Notes: generated by a model not told the origin, from the sequence alone. DNA of 64,000 bases from Eledone cirrhosa (GCA_964016885.1 OZ024742.1:259346001-259410000), one strand, 5' to 3'; shown: positions 14,814 to 30,256, counted from the first letter of the stretch. Made by a program: numbers and translations.

Positions 14814-14925
14814 AATTTCCTTATATAGAAATATAGTAATTGTCAAGATGATTGGTTATAGTTTGTTATAAAGACAGATAAATCTATCATGGCATTTGGT
14901 GGGAGGAAGGGGCGGCTGAACTTGA

Positions 14926-15997
14926 CAGTAGTACAGACCGGGTCCGTAAATAACTAATCAGGTTCTTCTGGGACTGGGGATTTAAAATAACCCTACAAAC
15001 GTCCCTAACCCGAGTAAACTTCCTGGATGTTACCCTTAACCTCGAAAATGATCTGTACTACCCATACAGGAAACCAAACGACAATCTGCATTACATCCAC
15101 CGCCGTACAAACCATCCTAGAAACATTTTAAATAACCTGGTTAAAAACATCTCCCTGCGCATATCTCGTTTGTCCTCTAATGAGCAGATATTCGACGAAC
15201 ATGCGCCTCATTACAACCAGGCCCTCAAGCGGAGTGACGTCCGGGAGGAAATATCCTATTATCCAGCTTCCATTAGCGAAACCAGCAGGCGACACCGCCG
15301 CTCACGCAACGTAACTTGGTTCAATCCTCCCCACAATGCCGAGGTGGCAGCACCTATCGGGAAAATCTTCTTTAGGCTCCTAGAAAAACACTTCCCACTA
15401 CAACACTGCTACCACAACATAATCTACAAAAACACCATCAAACTCTCCTATAACACCACACCTAACTTCGCACAAAGCATCGTCTCCTCTAACAACAAAA
15501 ATCTCAACCCTTATATAAGAAATAACCTAAACTCCAGTGGAGAGTCGACCAGGAGGTGTAATTGTCCTGAGAGATCCATGTGCCCCCTCAACAACAGATG
15601 CCGAGAACGTAATGTGATCTACCAGTGCAACGTGAGGACGGACACCTCCAACAAAGCTTATATAGGATTAACTGCTTGTGACTTCAAGACCCGGCTCTAC
15701 CGACACCGACATACTTTCCGAAACACGGTCCGGCGACATGCCATTACACTTTCGGGCCACATCTGTGACCTCAAAGATAATAATATAACCTATAATCTCA
15801 CTTGGAGCTTACTGTCCAGAGCTAACTCTTACACGGGAGAACGCCGTCCGTTTAACTTATGCTCGGAGGAAACATTACAAATGCTGTTATCTAAGGACCA
15901 ACTCCTAAACAAAAAAGACGAACTGGTAACCGCATGCAAACACAGATTGCGTAGGACGTACCTCGCCCTAAAACCCCATAACGACCCGGGTGGGTAA
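14926..15997 (+). pseudogene. 5'-truncated family B PLE: RT thumb, linker and GIY-YIG endonuclease
   Basis: High identity to 63620-64000. ORF 15170-15997 has WFNPP, CNC-x5-CPL-x3-C, VIYQC...AYIGLT...FKTRLYRH and LCSEE. Stops occur upstream of 15170. Confidence 0.9.
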
Positions 15998-16852
15998 ACA
16001 AGGGCTGATACCCCTCCACTTGCCGATTACGTAAGGGGAAACCCCTGCTTACATAGGTAGAAGTAACCTTTTTTTTCTTCTACGTTCCCTTCTTCCCTCC
16101 ATCTCATCCTATCCTTCCACCCCCGATATCGTTCCTTGTCTGACTTTAGCCTTTCGCCTACCCCGATGCAGCCCATCGGTCCTCTGTAGCCTCAGTATCC
16201 CCTCCCCCGTAATTTTAAGACAGATTTGGCCTATTACGCTTTTTATAGCAGATGTGTTAGACCCGTAATTGTTTCTTTTTTGTTACTACTCCATTTCTAC
16301 AATTTCTAAATTCCTTTTTTAGTATTTTTGTTCTCAAATTATTAACCTGTCATCGTAAGATAGCATTGGCTGATTACGCTTTACTAACTATTTATAACAG
16401 CGGTGTTAGACACCATGTAAAGCCGGCTTTAAAAATTTGTTTCACTACCAACTACAATCTCGTTTTTTCCCATTCTCTACCTATTAAACTTTTCTATAGC
16501 TTAGCAATAACTACTAATTTTTAGCAGCTGTTTTTGTTTTTTACATTTCACACTATCAATATTGTCTTTATATATTTATTTTTATAAATAGTTTTATTTT
16601 ACTCACTTTCGACCTACCTATTCTTTCGACACCCCCCCCCCCCCCCCCATTTTCTCCTGTACAATTGTTCGACCTTTTATACACTATCCTTAGAATCTGC
16701 TGTATAGATTTCACTTTCAACTCCTGACTTTGTCCTACTGGCAAGTTCAGCCAGCTCTAACACCCTCCAAATGCCATGATAGATTTATCTGTCTTTATAA
16801 CAAATTGTAACCAATCATCTTGATAATTACTATCTTCCCATATAAGGAAATT

Positions 16853-16946
16853 CCCCTTGAGAAGTTTGGCTATGTATTTACCAGGCTAGAATTTCTTATT
16901 TAGTCCAGAAATAGCCTTCGAAACGGCTTGAGTTCTGCAGTCAGGG
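16853..16946 (+). ncRNA. Family B hammerhead (U3-A8), slightly degenerate
   Basis: CCCC-TTGAGAA-GTTTGGCTAT...ATAGCCTTC-GAAACGGC...GCAGTC-AGGG. Confidence 0.6.
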
Positions 16947-17363
16947 TCATATTTGTTCCTATATATATATGGCTATATATACATATACATATACATATAT
17001 ATATATACATAAAAATATTTATATACATATATATATATACACATCTATACATATAAATATTTATATACATATATATATATACACATCTATACATATATAT
17101 ACATATATATATATGCATATGTATACATATATATACATATATATACTTATCTGTATATGTATATATATGTATTTATATATATATATATATGCATATATAT
17201 ACATATGTATATATATATGTATATGTGTATATATATGTATATAAATATATATGTATATATATATGTATATATAGGTATATATATATATAGGTATATATAA
17301 ATATATATATATATGTATATGTATATATATATGTATATATATATATATATGTATATATATATG

Positions 17364-17394
<31 letters not shown>

Positions 17395-17612
17395 ATATGT
17401 ATATATATATGTATATATATATATATTTATATATATAGGTATATATATATGTATATATATATATATGTATATATTTATATAAATATACATGTTTATATAA
17501 AGTGAGGTTTTTTGACAAAATGAAAAAAAATGAGGTGTCCTATACGAGTGAAAGTATAAGGAAAAAAGATGAAATCAAAAATTCAACTTTTTAAAATATA
17601 TTTATTTGGTTT

Positions 17613-17648
17613 CTTTACCGGTTTCGCAGTTCTTGTGCTTTTCAAAAG
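17613..17648 (-). ncRNA. 36-nt minimal hammerhead (U3-A8)
   Basis: CTT-TTGAAAA-GCA-CAAGAAC-TGC-GAAA-CCGG-TA-AAG. Confidence 0.68.
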
Positions 17649-17676
17649 TAGAATTGAGATGGAGGGGTTTGTGGTT

Positions 17677-17729
<53 letters not shown>

Positions 17730-17732
17730 TTT

Positions 17733-17765
<33 letters not shown>

Positions 17766-17814
17766 GTATATATATATATATTTTTATATATATGTACATA
17801 TATATATATTTATA

Positions 17815-17857
<43 letters not shown>

Positions 17858-17930
17858 GTATATATATATTTATATATATGTATATATATATTAATATATA
17901 TGTATATATATATATGTATATATATATGTA

Positions 17931-17988
<58 letters not shown>

Positions 17989-17991
<3 letters not shown>

Positions 17992-19059
17992 CGGGTAAAA
18001 TTCCCGAGATCCATGGACGAGTTCTCTCCAGCGGTCTCTGTCCCTCATTATCGCTGCCATATCCTGCATCTCCAACAGACCAGTGTCTGTCCTTAGGGCA
18101 TCAACATATGTTAACCTTGGTCTTCCTCTTCTAGTGTGTCCATGTAGGGGCTCCCAAAGGAGCACTGAGTGCAATGTCAAATCTGGATGTCGGTGAGCAT
18201 GTCCAGCCAACCTCAGTCTCCTCTGTGTCACTTTTGAGCTGACTTTTGGGATGCTCCCATACAGCTCTGAGTTTTTCATCCTCAGTGTATACTGATTAAT
18301 GTTCAGAGCCATCCTCAGAATTCTCGTGTAGCACCCATCCACCATCTGAGGAAGGCCTTTGATTCTGTGGACCGTTACTGCCTGATGAAGATCTTACAGG
18401 CTTATGGAATCCCCAAGAGGATAGTGGAGCTGATATCACTGCTCTACACCAACACCGAAGCCCAAATCATTACACCTGATGGGATGACAGAGTTCTTTGA
18501 GATACTGGCTGGAGTGCTCCAGGGAGATTCATTGGCTCCCTACCTTTTTATCATCGTAGTGGACTATTGTATGCGCCTTGCACTGGAGAAACACCAGGAC
18601 TCTGGCTTTACTGTAGCACCGGCTCAGAGCAGGAGAGTTGGGGCGAAAAAGGTATCGGATGCTGAATTTGCCGACGACATAGTTTTGGTGACAAATACAG
18701 TGAAGGAGGCAGAGGATTTGATGCGGGAGGTTGAGACTGTGTCGATGAGTGTGGGGCTGAGAATGAATGAGACTAAAACAAAATATCTGGTAGAGAATGT
18801 TGAGAAGCTAGAGGGGATCACTAGTGTAGGCGGGAAGCCGCTGGAATTGGTTGAGGACTTCATGTATTTGGAAGCAAAGTTTGGGAATACGGAGGATGAT
18901 GTGGTTGAGAGGAAGAGCAAGGCCTTGGCGGCGTGCCACAGCTTGAGATCGGTGTGGAAGTCGGACCTTCGTAGAGACCTGAAAATCCGCCTCTTCATTG
19001 CTGTAGTGGAGTCTGTGCTGCTGTATGGGTCTGAGACTTGGACACTGACCAAGAAACTC
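17989..19059 (-). mobile_element. RTE-like non-LTR retrotransposon fragment with 5' inversion
   Basis: The + segment of about 18344-19059 encodes LRKAFDSV...GVLQGDSLAPYLF...EFADDIVL...[10 protein letters not shown]. The - segment 17989-18345 encodes the downstream [11 protein letters not shown]...RRLRLAGH...RRGRPR...DRDRWR. Confidence 0.88.
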
Positions 19060-20398
<1,339 letters not shown>

Positions 20399-21174
20399 AC
20401 GTCAAAATGGAAAATAACAGAGAGGTACAGTGTACAACGAATGTTTATTAATTTCACGCTCTGGAGAGTGGGGTGGTGGTGGGGAACGAGGTTTCTGGCA
20501 TAAGCCCTTCCTCAGGTGAGAAGTGTGTGGGAACAGAGTTCAAAGGGTGTGTAGGGGAGTGGTGGAGAGACATATTGAAAGGAAACGGTGCGAATGAAAT
20601 TAAAAATAAAAATAAAAATAAAGCATGATCAAAATAAAAATAAATGAAATAAAAATAAATATAAAAGCATGATCAAAATAAACTGAAATTAAAAAGTGGT
20701 AAAACAGGTGGTGGAAGGGTGTGGGGTGTGTAGGGGTGGTGGCGGGTGTAGTGGGGAGAGGGAGACGAGGTGTCCGAGCGGGGAGGGCTGGTGTGTGTGT
20801 GTAGGTGTACGTGTGTGTGTGTGTGTATGTGAAAGCAAGGGTTGGGGGAAGAATGGGGTTGCATGTTCAGGAAGAGGTGTGTGTGGGGGGTGTAGGTCGG
20901 AGTGTCTGTGCGTGTGGGGATAGAGGGGTGGGGGAGATGAATCAGGAGGCTGAGGGTGTAAATATGTCGTGGAAGGCACGTGTGTGTGGGGTTTAAGCGT
21001 GTTGTGTGTGTAGGTGTTGTATATATATATATATATACCCAACAACTAAATACGATAAAACTAACCGAAAACACACTGCACACAATAAAAGTACCCAATA
21101 AATTTTAAATCTATCCACTATATATGTAAAGAGAGGTCGAATTTCATCAGTACAAAAATGCTCTCGATATCTCG

Positions 21175-21458
21175 TTTCTGCTGAAATTTATTAACTAGAC
21201 AATTTAGCATCATATACTCTGCAGTACAATATACCAATTCAATTAACAAAAAAATCCTTTTTACCAAGATCTTTGAACGGGGCCCTTAGTCCACACATTT
21301 TCAGAGACGCATATATATATATATAATTTATCGTGTATATATATAAGGGCCCCGTTCAAAGATCTTGGTAAAAGGGATTTTTTTGTTAATTGAATTGGTA
21401 TATTGTACTGCAGAGTATATGATGCTAAATTGTCTAGTTAATAAATTTCAGCAGAAAT
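21175..21458. repeat. Inverted repeat with arms of about 115 bp
   Basis: 21175-21288 versus 21343-21458; adjoins (TA)n. Confidence 0.9.
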
Positions 21459-21459
21459 G

Positions 21460-21495
<36 letters not shown>

Positions 21496-21532
21496 ATAAT
21501 ACATCATATATATATATAATATATATATATAC

Positions 21533-21572
<40 letters not shown>

Positions 21573-21639
21573 GTATATATATATATTATATATATATATG
21601 TATTATACATATATATATATATATATATATATATGTATT

Positions 21640-21691
<52 letters not shown>

Positions 21692-21707
21692 TATACATAT
21701 ATATATC

Positions 21708-21738
<31 letters not shown>

Positions 21739-21752
21739 TATACATATATATA

Positions 21753-21821
<69 letters not shown>

Positions 21822-21856
21822 GATAAGGAGAGGAAATCCTGAGCTCTTTAAAATAA

Positions 21857-22443
21857 AATATGTTGAAAAGGTAACACACTAGAGAGAGATAGTGTGCGCT
21901 ATCAATAAAATAGGGAAAAACAACCAGTGTAAGGAATCTTTAACCTATGAAAGGCAGACTATAGACACGATAATTAAAAATATAAATTAAAGCGTAAATA
22001 AGTACCTCCATAACTATATAACACACGTACAAATCCAAAGAGATCTGTTTCGCCAGTAAGTTGTTGACAGAAATGAAATAACCCCGGTTCTTCACGCTGT
22101 GAAGAACCCGGTTCGTCACGCTGTGACTTCTCTCTCCCACGTGTAGCTGGACTGTCACTTTAAAATTCTCTTAGTGTTGTCTGAAATGCATAGCCTTACA
22201 CACGCTGAAGAACCAGGGTTATTTCATTTCTGTCAACAACTTACTGGCGAATAGATCTCTTTGGATTTCTACGTGTGTTATATAGTTATAGAGGTATTTA
22301 TTTATGCTTTAATTTATATTTTAAATTATCGTGTCTATAGTCTGCCTTTCATAGGTTATAGATTCCATACACTGGTGGTTTTTCCCTGTTTTATTGATAG
22401 CGTACTGTATCTCTCTCTAGTGTGTTACCTTTTCAACATATTG
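21857..22443. repeat. Fold-back element with a damaged hammerhead in each arm
   Basis: Arms at about 21857-22094 and 22205-22443. The + arm reads ACACACG-CTGAAGA...CGTGTGT (22198-22278); the - arm retains GAAACAGATC...GATTTGTA. Confidence 0.85.
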
Positions 22444-22660
22444 TATATATATATATATATATATACAAATAGTGAAAACAATGAAATTAAACAAAAAATG
22501 GTTAATTCATAGTAAAACTCATTATTTTACGATCGTTCTTTCCAATGAATTATATCGTTGAAATTTTGTATTTTAAACATTGCTTCACGACATCTTCTAC
22601 AGACGGATAACATTGAGTTCTTCATACGGCCTAGACCCTACCATAAATTGGTGGATTTAA

Positions 22661-22726
<66 letters not shown>

Positions 22727-22826
22727 TATAAATTGGTGGATATATCTGTATATATATATATACATATATAGAGAGAGAGATAGATAAATTGATATATATA
22801 TAGAGATAAATTGGTGGATATATCTG

Positions 22827-22908
<82 letters not shown>

Positions 22909-23183
22909 TGTGTGTGTGTGTGCGTGTGTGTGCGTAGAGTGAAAGAGAGAGAGAGAGAGAGAGAAATGCGAATTAGTTGCAGATGTTAAAGTCCTTTATT
23001 GATAAGTGTGTGATATATATTTCAATGACAGTGGCAATGTGATTCGGCGTAACCAGTGCCATGATGTCACAAGACAGCTTCAATACATAATAAGGTCCTT
23101 TTTTCGAGGCAATTCAAACTGATATGGCAAGGGAACGGACAATGAAGATGTTCTCGAAGCCTCCGCCCATTACCCTGTGAGCC

Positions 23184-23231
<48 letters not shown>

Positions 23232-23283
23232 GTATATTACATATGGCACATCGTTTGATTTGGTATTATATTTTTAACCCAAT

Positions 23284-23666
23284 GGGCGGTGGATTGGCAG
23301 TATCGGTAGAGGGTCGGACGCCATGCTTTCCAACATAGTTACGTCCCTTTACGATCTGAGTTCAAATCCCGCCGAGGTTAACTTTGCCTTTCATCCTTAC
23401 GGGGTCGATAAAATAAAGTACCAGTAATGCACTGGTTAATTTCTGGCCTTGTGCCTAAAGTAGAAATAATTATTTAAGGGCGGTGGATTGGCAGTATCGG
23501 TAGAGGGTCGGACGCCATGCTTTCCAACATAGTTACGTCCCTTTACGATCTGAGTTCAAATCCCGTCGAGGTTAACTTTGCCTTTCATCCTTACGGGGTC
23601 GATAAAATAAAGTACCAGTAATGCACTGGATAATTGCTGGCCTTGTGCCTAAAGTAGAAACAATTA
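23284..23666 (+). mobile_element. Two tandem S1 SINEs (23284-23472, 23478-23666)
   Basis: Both copies are nearly identical to 9956-10146. Confidence 0.9.
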
Positions 23667-24864
23667 TATTTTTAACCCAAGCTTATTCATCCAGAGGTAT
23701 AAGAATGTATAGAATTTTTTACATATGTTGTAATAACTTCAATGGTTTTTTTGTTGTTTGCACGATTTGGTTTTGTTTTGTTATGATTCCTAATTCTTGT
23801 TTTTTTTTATTTATTTAATACGATTATTATTTGTATAGTGCCTGTTTACAACAAGATTTATATTTATTCCCAATTTGTTTCGGTTTAAATCTTGAGTCGT
23901 CAGTATGGTCAGTATGTTTCTTATCCTTTGATGAGATTAACATATAATTCATTCATATATTGCAGAGATACTTGAAGATCATTGACAGTCAAAGAGCTCA
24001 AAATATAATTTAAATGTAAATGCTGTAAATATGCGTGTTTGGGCCTCCGTCAGTTTCTATAACAAGTGCTCCAATTGTTTATGTAATTAACAGCTTGCTC
24101 TTGAAAGGTAAAGTGTAGTTACATAATTCGCAAGAAAGGTGTGGCTGGGCTGTTCTTTTTTAAATCACAGTTATTACTCATTTTTGCCCACTATGTGAAC
24201 TGCAAATGTGAAATATAGAGTTATAGAGTGTTTTTCAACGATACAATGTTCCACTGAGAATCAAACTTACGATTTTACGATCGAGAGTTGAACAATGTAT
24301 CTAAAACATGTCTCTTCACTCATGTAATGAGGACATAATTTCTGCATATATTCATCATTAACCGAGTGTTAAGAACATTATGACAATGAAACCTATCAAA
24401 AGATATGGAAATGCTCTCAGTGTCGCCTTTATTGCGAGAATTGATAGTTACTAGATTCATTTATATTGTAATTATGATGCCTATGACGGACATGGCTGAA
24501 TAGTCCTTATCTGATGAGGAATAACAACTGGTATATGTTGGTAAGAGGAGGGCATGGCTGGAAAGCCATTGTAGAATCATCGTTGACACATGCGACACGA
24601 GCGTCTAGAAGGATGGCTTGGCGAGACATTCCTAGATTGTTGTGAAATAGTTGTTGGTATGCTACACAAGTGTCTAGTAATGGGTATAGCTGGATAGTCT
24701 AGGAGGTGTGAGTGTTTTTTCATCTTCAAACGCCATTCACTCTGTCGCTGAACTTCATGGGGTTCTCGTTGGTTTTCAAAAGAATTTCAAACTTCAAAGA
24801 CGGGTTGTCTCTCAGTTTTACGATTCGGAGTCGTCTCCCCTTAAATAATGGTTTCTGATTAAGG

Positions 24865-25052
24865 CACAGCACCAACAAGTGTAGGGGAAGAAAAGTCGAT
24901 TAAATTGATTCCAATGCGTTACTGGTACTTTATTTTATCGACACTTTAAGACTGAAAGGCAAACTAACCTCGGCAGAATTTGAACTCAGAACGTAAAGTG
25001 ACGTAACTAAATCGTGTTGTTTGACGCTCTACCGAGTATGCGAATCCTCCAC
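24865..25052 (-). mobile_element. Diverged S1-type SINE
   Basis: TACTGGTACTTTATTTTATCGAC...GAAAGGCAAA...TTTGAACTCAGAACGTAAAG. Confidence 0.75.
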
Positions 25053-25111
25053 CATTTTGTTTCCTTTTAAATAATGAAATCAGCGCGATGGACATGCAAA
25101 TAATGTAAATA

Positions 25112-25762
25112 TCTATATACTACTAAAACTCTGTGATTGCTTGCTTGTCTGTAATGTAATACAGTCAAAAGGGGTTCATAATGGGAAAATATTTTGAATG
25201 GAAGTTACCCCTGAAATGGAAATACAAATAAAATAAAACAGATTTCGCGTAAATCGGAGCGCGGAGTCCCGGGATATGGGATTTTTCCGTGTACCTTCAT
25301 AAACAGAGAGAGATAAAGAGAAAAAGATAGAGAAAAAGTGTTAGTAGTTGTGAGAGAGTAGATTTAAAGAGAGACATAGGGAGAGGGCGAGGAGACAGAG
25401 AAGAAGAATGGGAGAGAGAGAGAGCTGGTGGTGTTGTTGTGTATATATCTATATGTGTGAGTGCGTGTATGTATTTATATATATATGTGTATGTATATGT
25501 CTGTGTCTATGATCCGTGTTTATAGATCACAGACGCACACACACATATATATATAGACACACACTAATACATACACATTTATATATATATACATACACAC
25601 ACGGATATATATATATATATATATATGGGCCTTCCAGTTTAATATCACATTATATACATGTCTGTGTATATTTTAATTATTTAAAAATTATTTTTAAGTG
25701 AACATGATTTTATTTTAGTTAATTTGAAATGAACGTGACCCAACGGGTCACGGGTGGTCTAG
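25112..25762 (+). mobile_element. Non-autonomous Helitron
   Basis: 5' A|TCTATATACTACTAAAA; 3' hairpin CGTGACCC-AAC-GGGTCACG (25734-25752), then GGTGGT-CTAG|T; insertion between A and T with no TSD. Confidence 0.8.
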
Positions 25763-26497
25763 TATATTATAATATCTAACGTTATAATTAAAATCCAGCA
25801 ATAAAATCTAATAGAAATATCTAGTATTAAAAACATAATCTTTAAAATTCATCTGAAAATTATAAACAAGTAATTTCCACTTTGTCTTTTCTGTAGCTAC
25901 GTTCAGATTAAAGATAGCCGTAAACAAAGAAAGATAGAAAAAGATAACAACGGGAAGAACCATTTAAATTTATGTTTAAAAGTTTCTAAAAGTACAGCAC
26001 CATTTTGTATCCTAGAGCAAGACACTTTATTCGCGTTGCTACAGTTCACCTAGCTGGCTAACTATATTTCAAAGTGGCAGCCTTTTCACTCTACATAACA
26101 CTAAGCGTACACGTCTCCATGGAATGCTCTCTCACGTATATATTAATTTCATGAACAGAGTATTTCCTAGGTAGAAATGCTGGTGTATACTTAGTGGGAA
26201 GAAATTGAGACCAAACACGATCCGTCGTTTGCCACTCCAGAAAAATTAGTCGGAATTGATCTGAGAAGGCACGGAGCCGGATCACATACCGCAAAGTATA
26301 CCACCCGACTCTTGAACATATCCGCCACCCGTCTCTGGTAGTTTGCTTGTCAATCTCAACAGAACGGTATTTGAAATCAGAGCACAGAGAATGAGACACA
26401 ATACTGAGCCATGATTTCGAGTCCTTAACAACAATTCAACGTGTTTTTCATATTAAATATAGCTGTAACAATTGGAAGAACAAAATATATTTAAAAG

Positions 26498-26754
26498 TAG
26501 ATAGTGAAAATAGTGCCACCGTTGTATTTTTGACTAAGTAAATTAGCGTAATAATTTGGAGTTATAAAAACTCACAGAAATGGAAAAAATGAATGAGCAT
26601 TGACATACATGGGACACAAACCCACATCTCTGGCAACCATGGCCATTGTTTTACCATTACGGCACTCACACTAATTGTGGCTTTTTATAACTCCAAATTA
26701 TTAGGCTAATTTACTTAGTCAAAAATACAACGGTGGTACTAATTTCACTATCTA
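26498..26754. repeat. Inverted repeat (arms of about 78 bp) around a tRNA-like spacer
   Basis: TAGATAGTGAAA...TTATAAAAA mirrored at about 26677-26754. Confidence 0.85.
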
Positions 26755-28301
26755 ATTTCAAATTATCCGCTGTTTGTAAACAAAAGCTGAAAAAGCTTTC
26801 TATCTTTTATATAAAATATATTTAGTTTTATAGTTTCCCTAAAAAACGTTAAATTACATGGAAAAATCAGATAATAAAATCTTACTTATTTGCCAAAACT
26901 GAACAGATTGACATACAGAAAGTCAGCCCATTTTTTTTTTTTTTCCTTTTTTTGCACTGGATTCAAACATTACACTTCAGCCATGCAGCTCTACCCGCTC
27001 GAATGGATTATAGTCGATAATGTCCTCCCGCCCCATATTTATTTTGTGGAAGTTAAGTACTTAATTTACTGATCTCTTTTTATTGAACTAATAGATTGCT
27101 GGACAAACATAAATAGAGAAACGGAGACACACTAGACATAAACACATAGTCGTACACCCCCTCCCCCTACACACAGGGCAATAATAAAAAAGCACTTACT
27201 CAATGTGACTACCAACGGTAGGAATGAACTGAGAACCATATGGTTGCGGAGCGAATTCATTTTTAACCTCACATGCCTATTTTATTATTAGCCATAAATA
27301 TATTGGTCCTTATCATACTACTCCGAGACAAAAGTCTAGCAATTATGTTTCTATAGAAGCTACTTGCTGGATACAACATTTCCAGCATTCAGAAATCACT
27401 GACTTCTAGACTTATCTACCCGCTGTGAAGATAAAAATCTAAGAATCAGAACAGTTCATAAATATCGTAATCGAATAGATACTTAATAGATATTTGAAAT
27501 TGTTGGAGCCAATTCGGAAAGCTTTTATACTACTTTAATACTACCAATTCCATCTTATTGTACATTTAGAATATTGGCGCTAACATTGAGATGTATAAAA
27601 AATAAAGGTACTGATCTCAGGTCACTAATTTAGTAATTATTTAGTTTATGAACGACCAGCATACTGTCCAGTTAGTCTAGGATGTTTTTGATTTCTGTAA
27701 TATTTATTGATCACAGAACAACTAATGAAGTCCTAGCTGTGCCGTCGTTACATGTGAGATGTTTTGGACACTTTTAAACCTGACGGAGCCCACTTCTTTC
27801 CAGGTTTGACTACAGCCTAGGTCTTCAAGAGAGAGGGAGTATGTGTGTGCGTATGTGTGTGAGAGAGAGAGAGAATCGGTGTGTGTGTGTATGAGTGTGT
27901 GTGTATGTGAATGGGAGGTGGATTGAGAGGAGTATTATATTCAGTTATAACTGTATAAAATATAATTGGGAACACGTACGATCATATGTTCCGAAACATT
28001 TTTATAGTAAAAAGAATATTGGAGGAGAATATATTCTATATAGGAACTACTTGAAATTTAAACTAAATTAATAATGGGCTCTAAATAAGGCACAACCTAG
28101 CAACTTTGTAGAGGGAATGTTGAATAAATCAGTCCCTGTATTTTCGTTCTATTTTATCCAGAATATTGAACAAAAAATTTCATCTCGATAGGACTTGAAT
28201 ACAGAACTTAAAAAGATAGTACAAATAACACAATGTCCTTTAGCCAAGGCTCTCTTGCTCCTACTAATCCAATGTTGGTTTCATTATTAGGCCCAAGAAG
28301 A

Positions 28302-28758
28302 GGGCGGTGTATTGGCAGTATTGGTAGAGCGTCGGATGCCTTGCTTTGCAGCATAGGGTTACGGCCTTTTATGATCAGAGTTCAAATCCCGCCGAAGTTA
28401 ACTTTGCCTTTCATCCTTACGGGGTCGATAAAATAAAGTACCTGTCACGCACTGGAGTCGATTTAATCAACTTTCCCCTCCCCCAAAAAATTGCCGGCCT
28501 TGTGCCTATATAAGAAATCATTATTAGGCCAAAGAAGGGCGGTGGATTGGCAGTATCGGTAGAGTGTTGGGCGCAATGCTTTTCAGCATAGAGTTACGGC
28601 CCTTTATTATCTGAATTCAAATCCCGCCGAGGTTAACTTTGCCTTTCATCCTTAAGAGGTCGATAAAATAAAGTACCAGGCAGTCACTGGGGTCGATTTA
28701 ATCGACTTTCCCCTCCCCAAAATTGCTGGCCTTCTTCCTATATGAGAAACCATTATTA
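28302..28758 (+). mobile_element. Two tandem S1-type SINEs, longer 3' variant (28302-28525, 28537-28758)
   Basis: Same head and core plus GTCGATTTAATC...CCCCTCCCCAAAA; ATTATTAGGCC(C/A)AAGAA occurs before, between and after the copies. Confidence 0.88.
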
Positions 28759-29342
28759 GGCCCAAGAATAATTACCATTAGAATATTGAGAACCGGGACA
28801 AAGGATCTAAAACTCCTGTTTGCAAGGCTAGATTTTAGTTTGGGAGTTGGGAACAGTGCAAAAAATGTTTTTAAATTGGATCAACGAAATTCATCAAAAG
28901 TCCTTTACAAAATGAAGAGAGCTATGAACATTAGAGGAAAGGGAAGCATACTTACAACGGCCACAATAATAATTTCATATTACCATCTTTATGTCTGAAA
29001 GATATAGAAAAAAATAAACAATACCATATTCTCTCCAATGATTTATTTCTGTAGGCAGGTTGAATATGATTGAAATGGTTTGTCTACAATTCTTAATGTC
29101 AAGATTACCAAAAAATAAAAAAATAAAGGGAGAGAGAGAGATTGATAATTAATTATTAATTACTTTCTCAAGCGATGTAATAATAAATTGTTTTTGAAAG
29201 CCATTTATTATTTTCTTGAATACTTTTAGTAAATAAGAACCTGTCTGACCACAATCTGGCAGCTGTTGGTAAATTTATTTCACATTTCAGTGTGCAGCTT
29301 GGGGCGTAGAGTGGTGTTAAGTTTTCGGAGAAGTTAAACATA

Positions 29343-29528
29343 AATAATTGTTTCTACTTTTGGCACAAGGCCAGCAATTACCCAGTATATTACTGGTACT
29401 TTATTTTATCGACCCCATAAGGATGAAAGGCAAAGTTAACCTCGGCGGGATTTGAACTCAGAATGGCAAGGGCCGTAACTCTATACGTCAAAGCATGGCG
29501 TCCGACCCTCTGCCGATACTGCCAATTC
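29343..29528 (-). mobile_element. S1 SINE
   Basis: Reverse complement of the S1 sequence. Confidence 0.88.
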
Positions 29529-30256
29529 ACATAAATAATGGTTTCAATTTTCACTGGGAATCGTTTCACATTAGTTATATTATCTAATGTTATCTGATGA
29601 GGGTTCCCAGTCTTGTAATGCAAGGTTTGTTAAAAGTTAAAGTTTGGGGTTCAGTAGACAGGGGCATATATTCGTTACCTTGGTGCTAAATGACTGAGAG
29701 TAAAGAAACCGAAAATGAAAGTTCCAGTTCAAGATTTCGTGGATGATTTAATGACATGTGTCTCAGCTTTATCACAAAAATAAGCTTGACATATAGCATT
29801 GTGCTTCAGACAACACGACATCCGCTTCAGAAATCGAATCAACGAACTTATGCATGCGGTACAAGCACAGTACCTACTACGACACGACACATGTTTTCAG
29901 ACTTAGAGTAAAAGAATACGAGTTGATTATTAGTTTGCGCTTAAATGAATATTGATGATTTGTACTTGACTGCCTAATGACTTGATATGAGACTGTGTGT
30001 TGAAACAGTGTGGCAAATAACATGATCTGAGATCATGTGTTGAAACTATTTAGCATATAAATTCATTTGTGACCATGTTGAAATTAAAGCAATTGAATAG
30101 TGGGAGAGTCATCTGAGCGACAGTTGTACTTGTCTGGGAGATAATTTTGACTGAGATCGTCTGTGTTGAGACTAAAGCAATTACATTGCGGATTGTTAGC
30201 GACCAGGTCACAAATATGTAACGAAAATATCGACACCAAAAAGTGAATATTATAAA

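Larger units (their letters stand above)
14705..16961 (+). mobile_element. Family B PLE insertion with inverted pseudo-LTRs
   Basis: About 14705-14925 is the reverse complement of about 16742-16961. Both copies carry a hammerhead, and the element is flanked by TA-rich tracts. Confidence 0.85.

Noticed and set aside
24511-24517. Isolated CTGATGA hits (also near 29594, 38812, 49656, 55577, 55890, 57239)
   Set aside because: No properly placed GAAA or closing stems.
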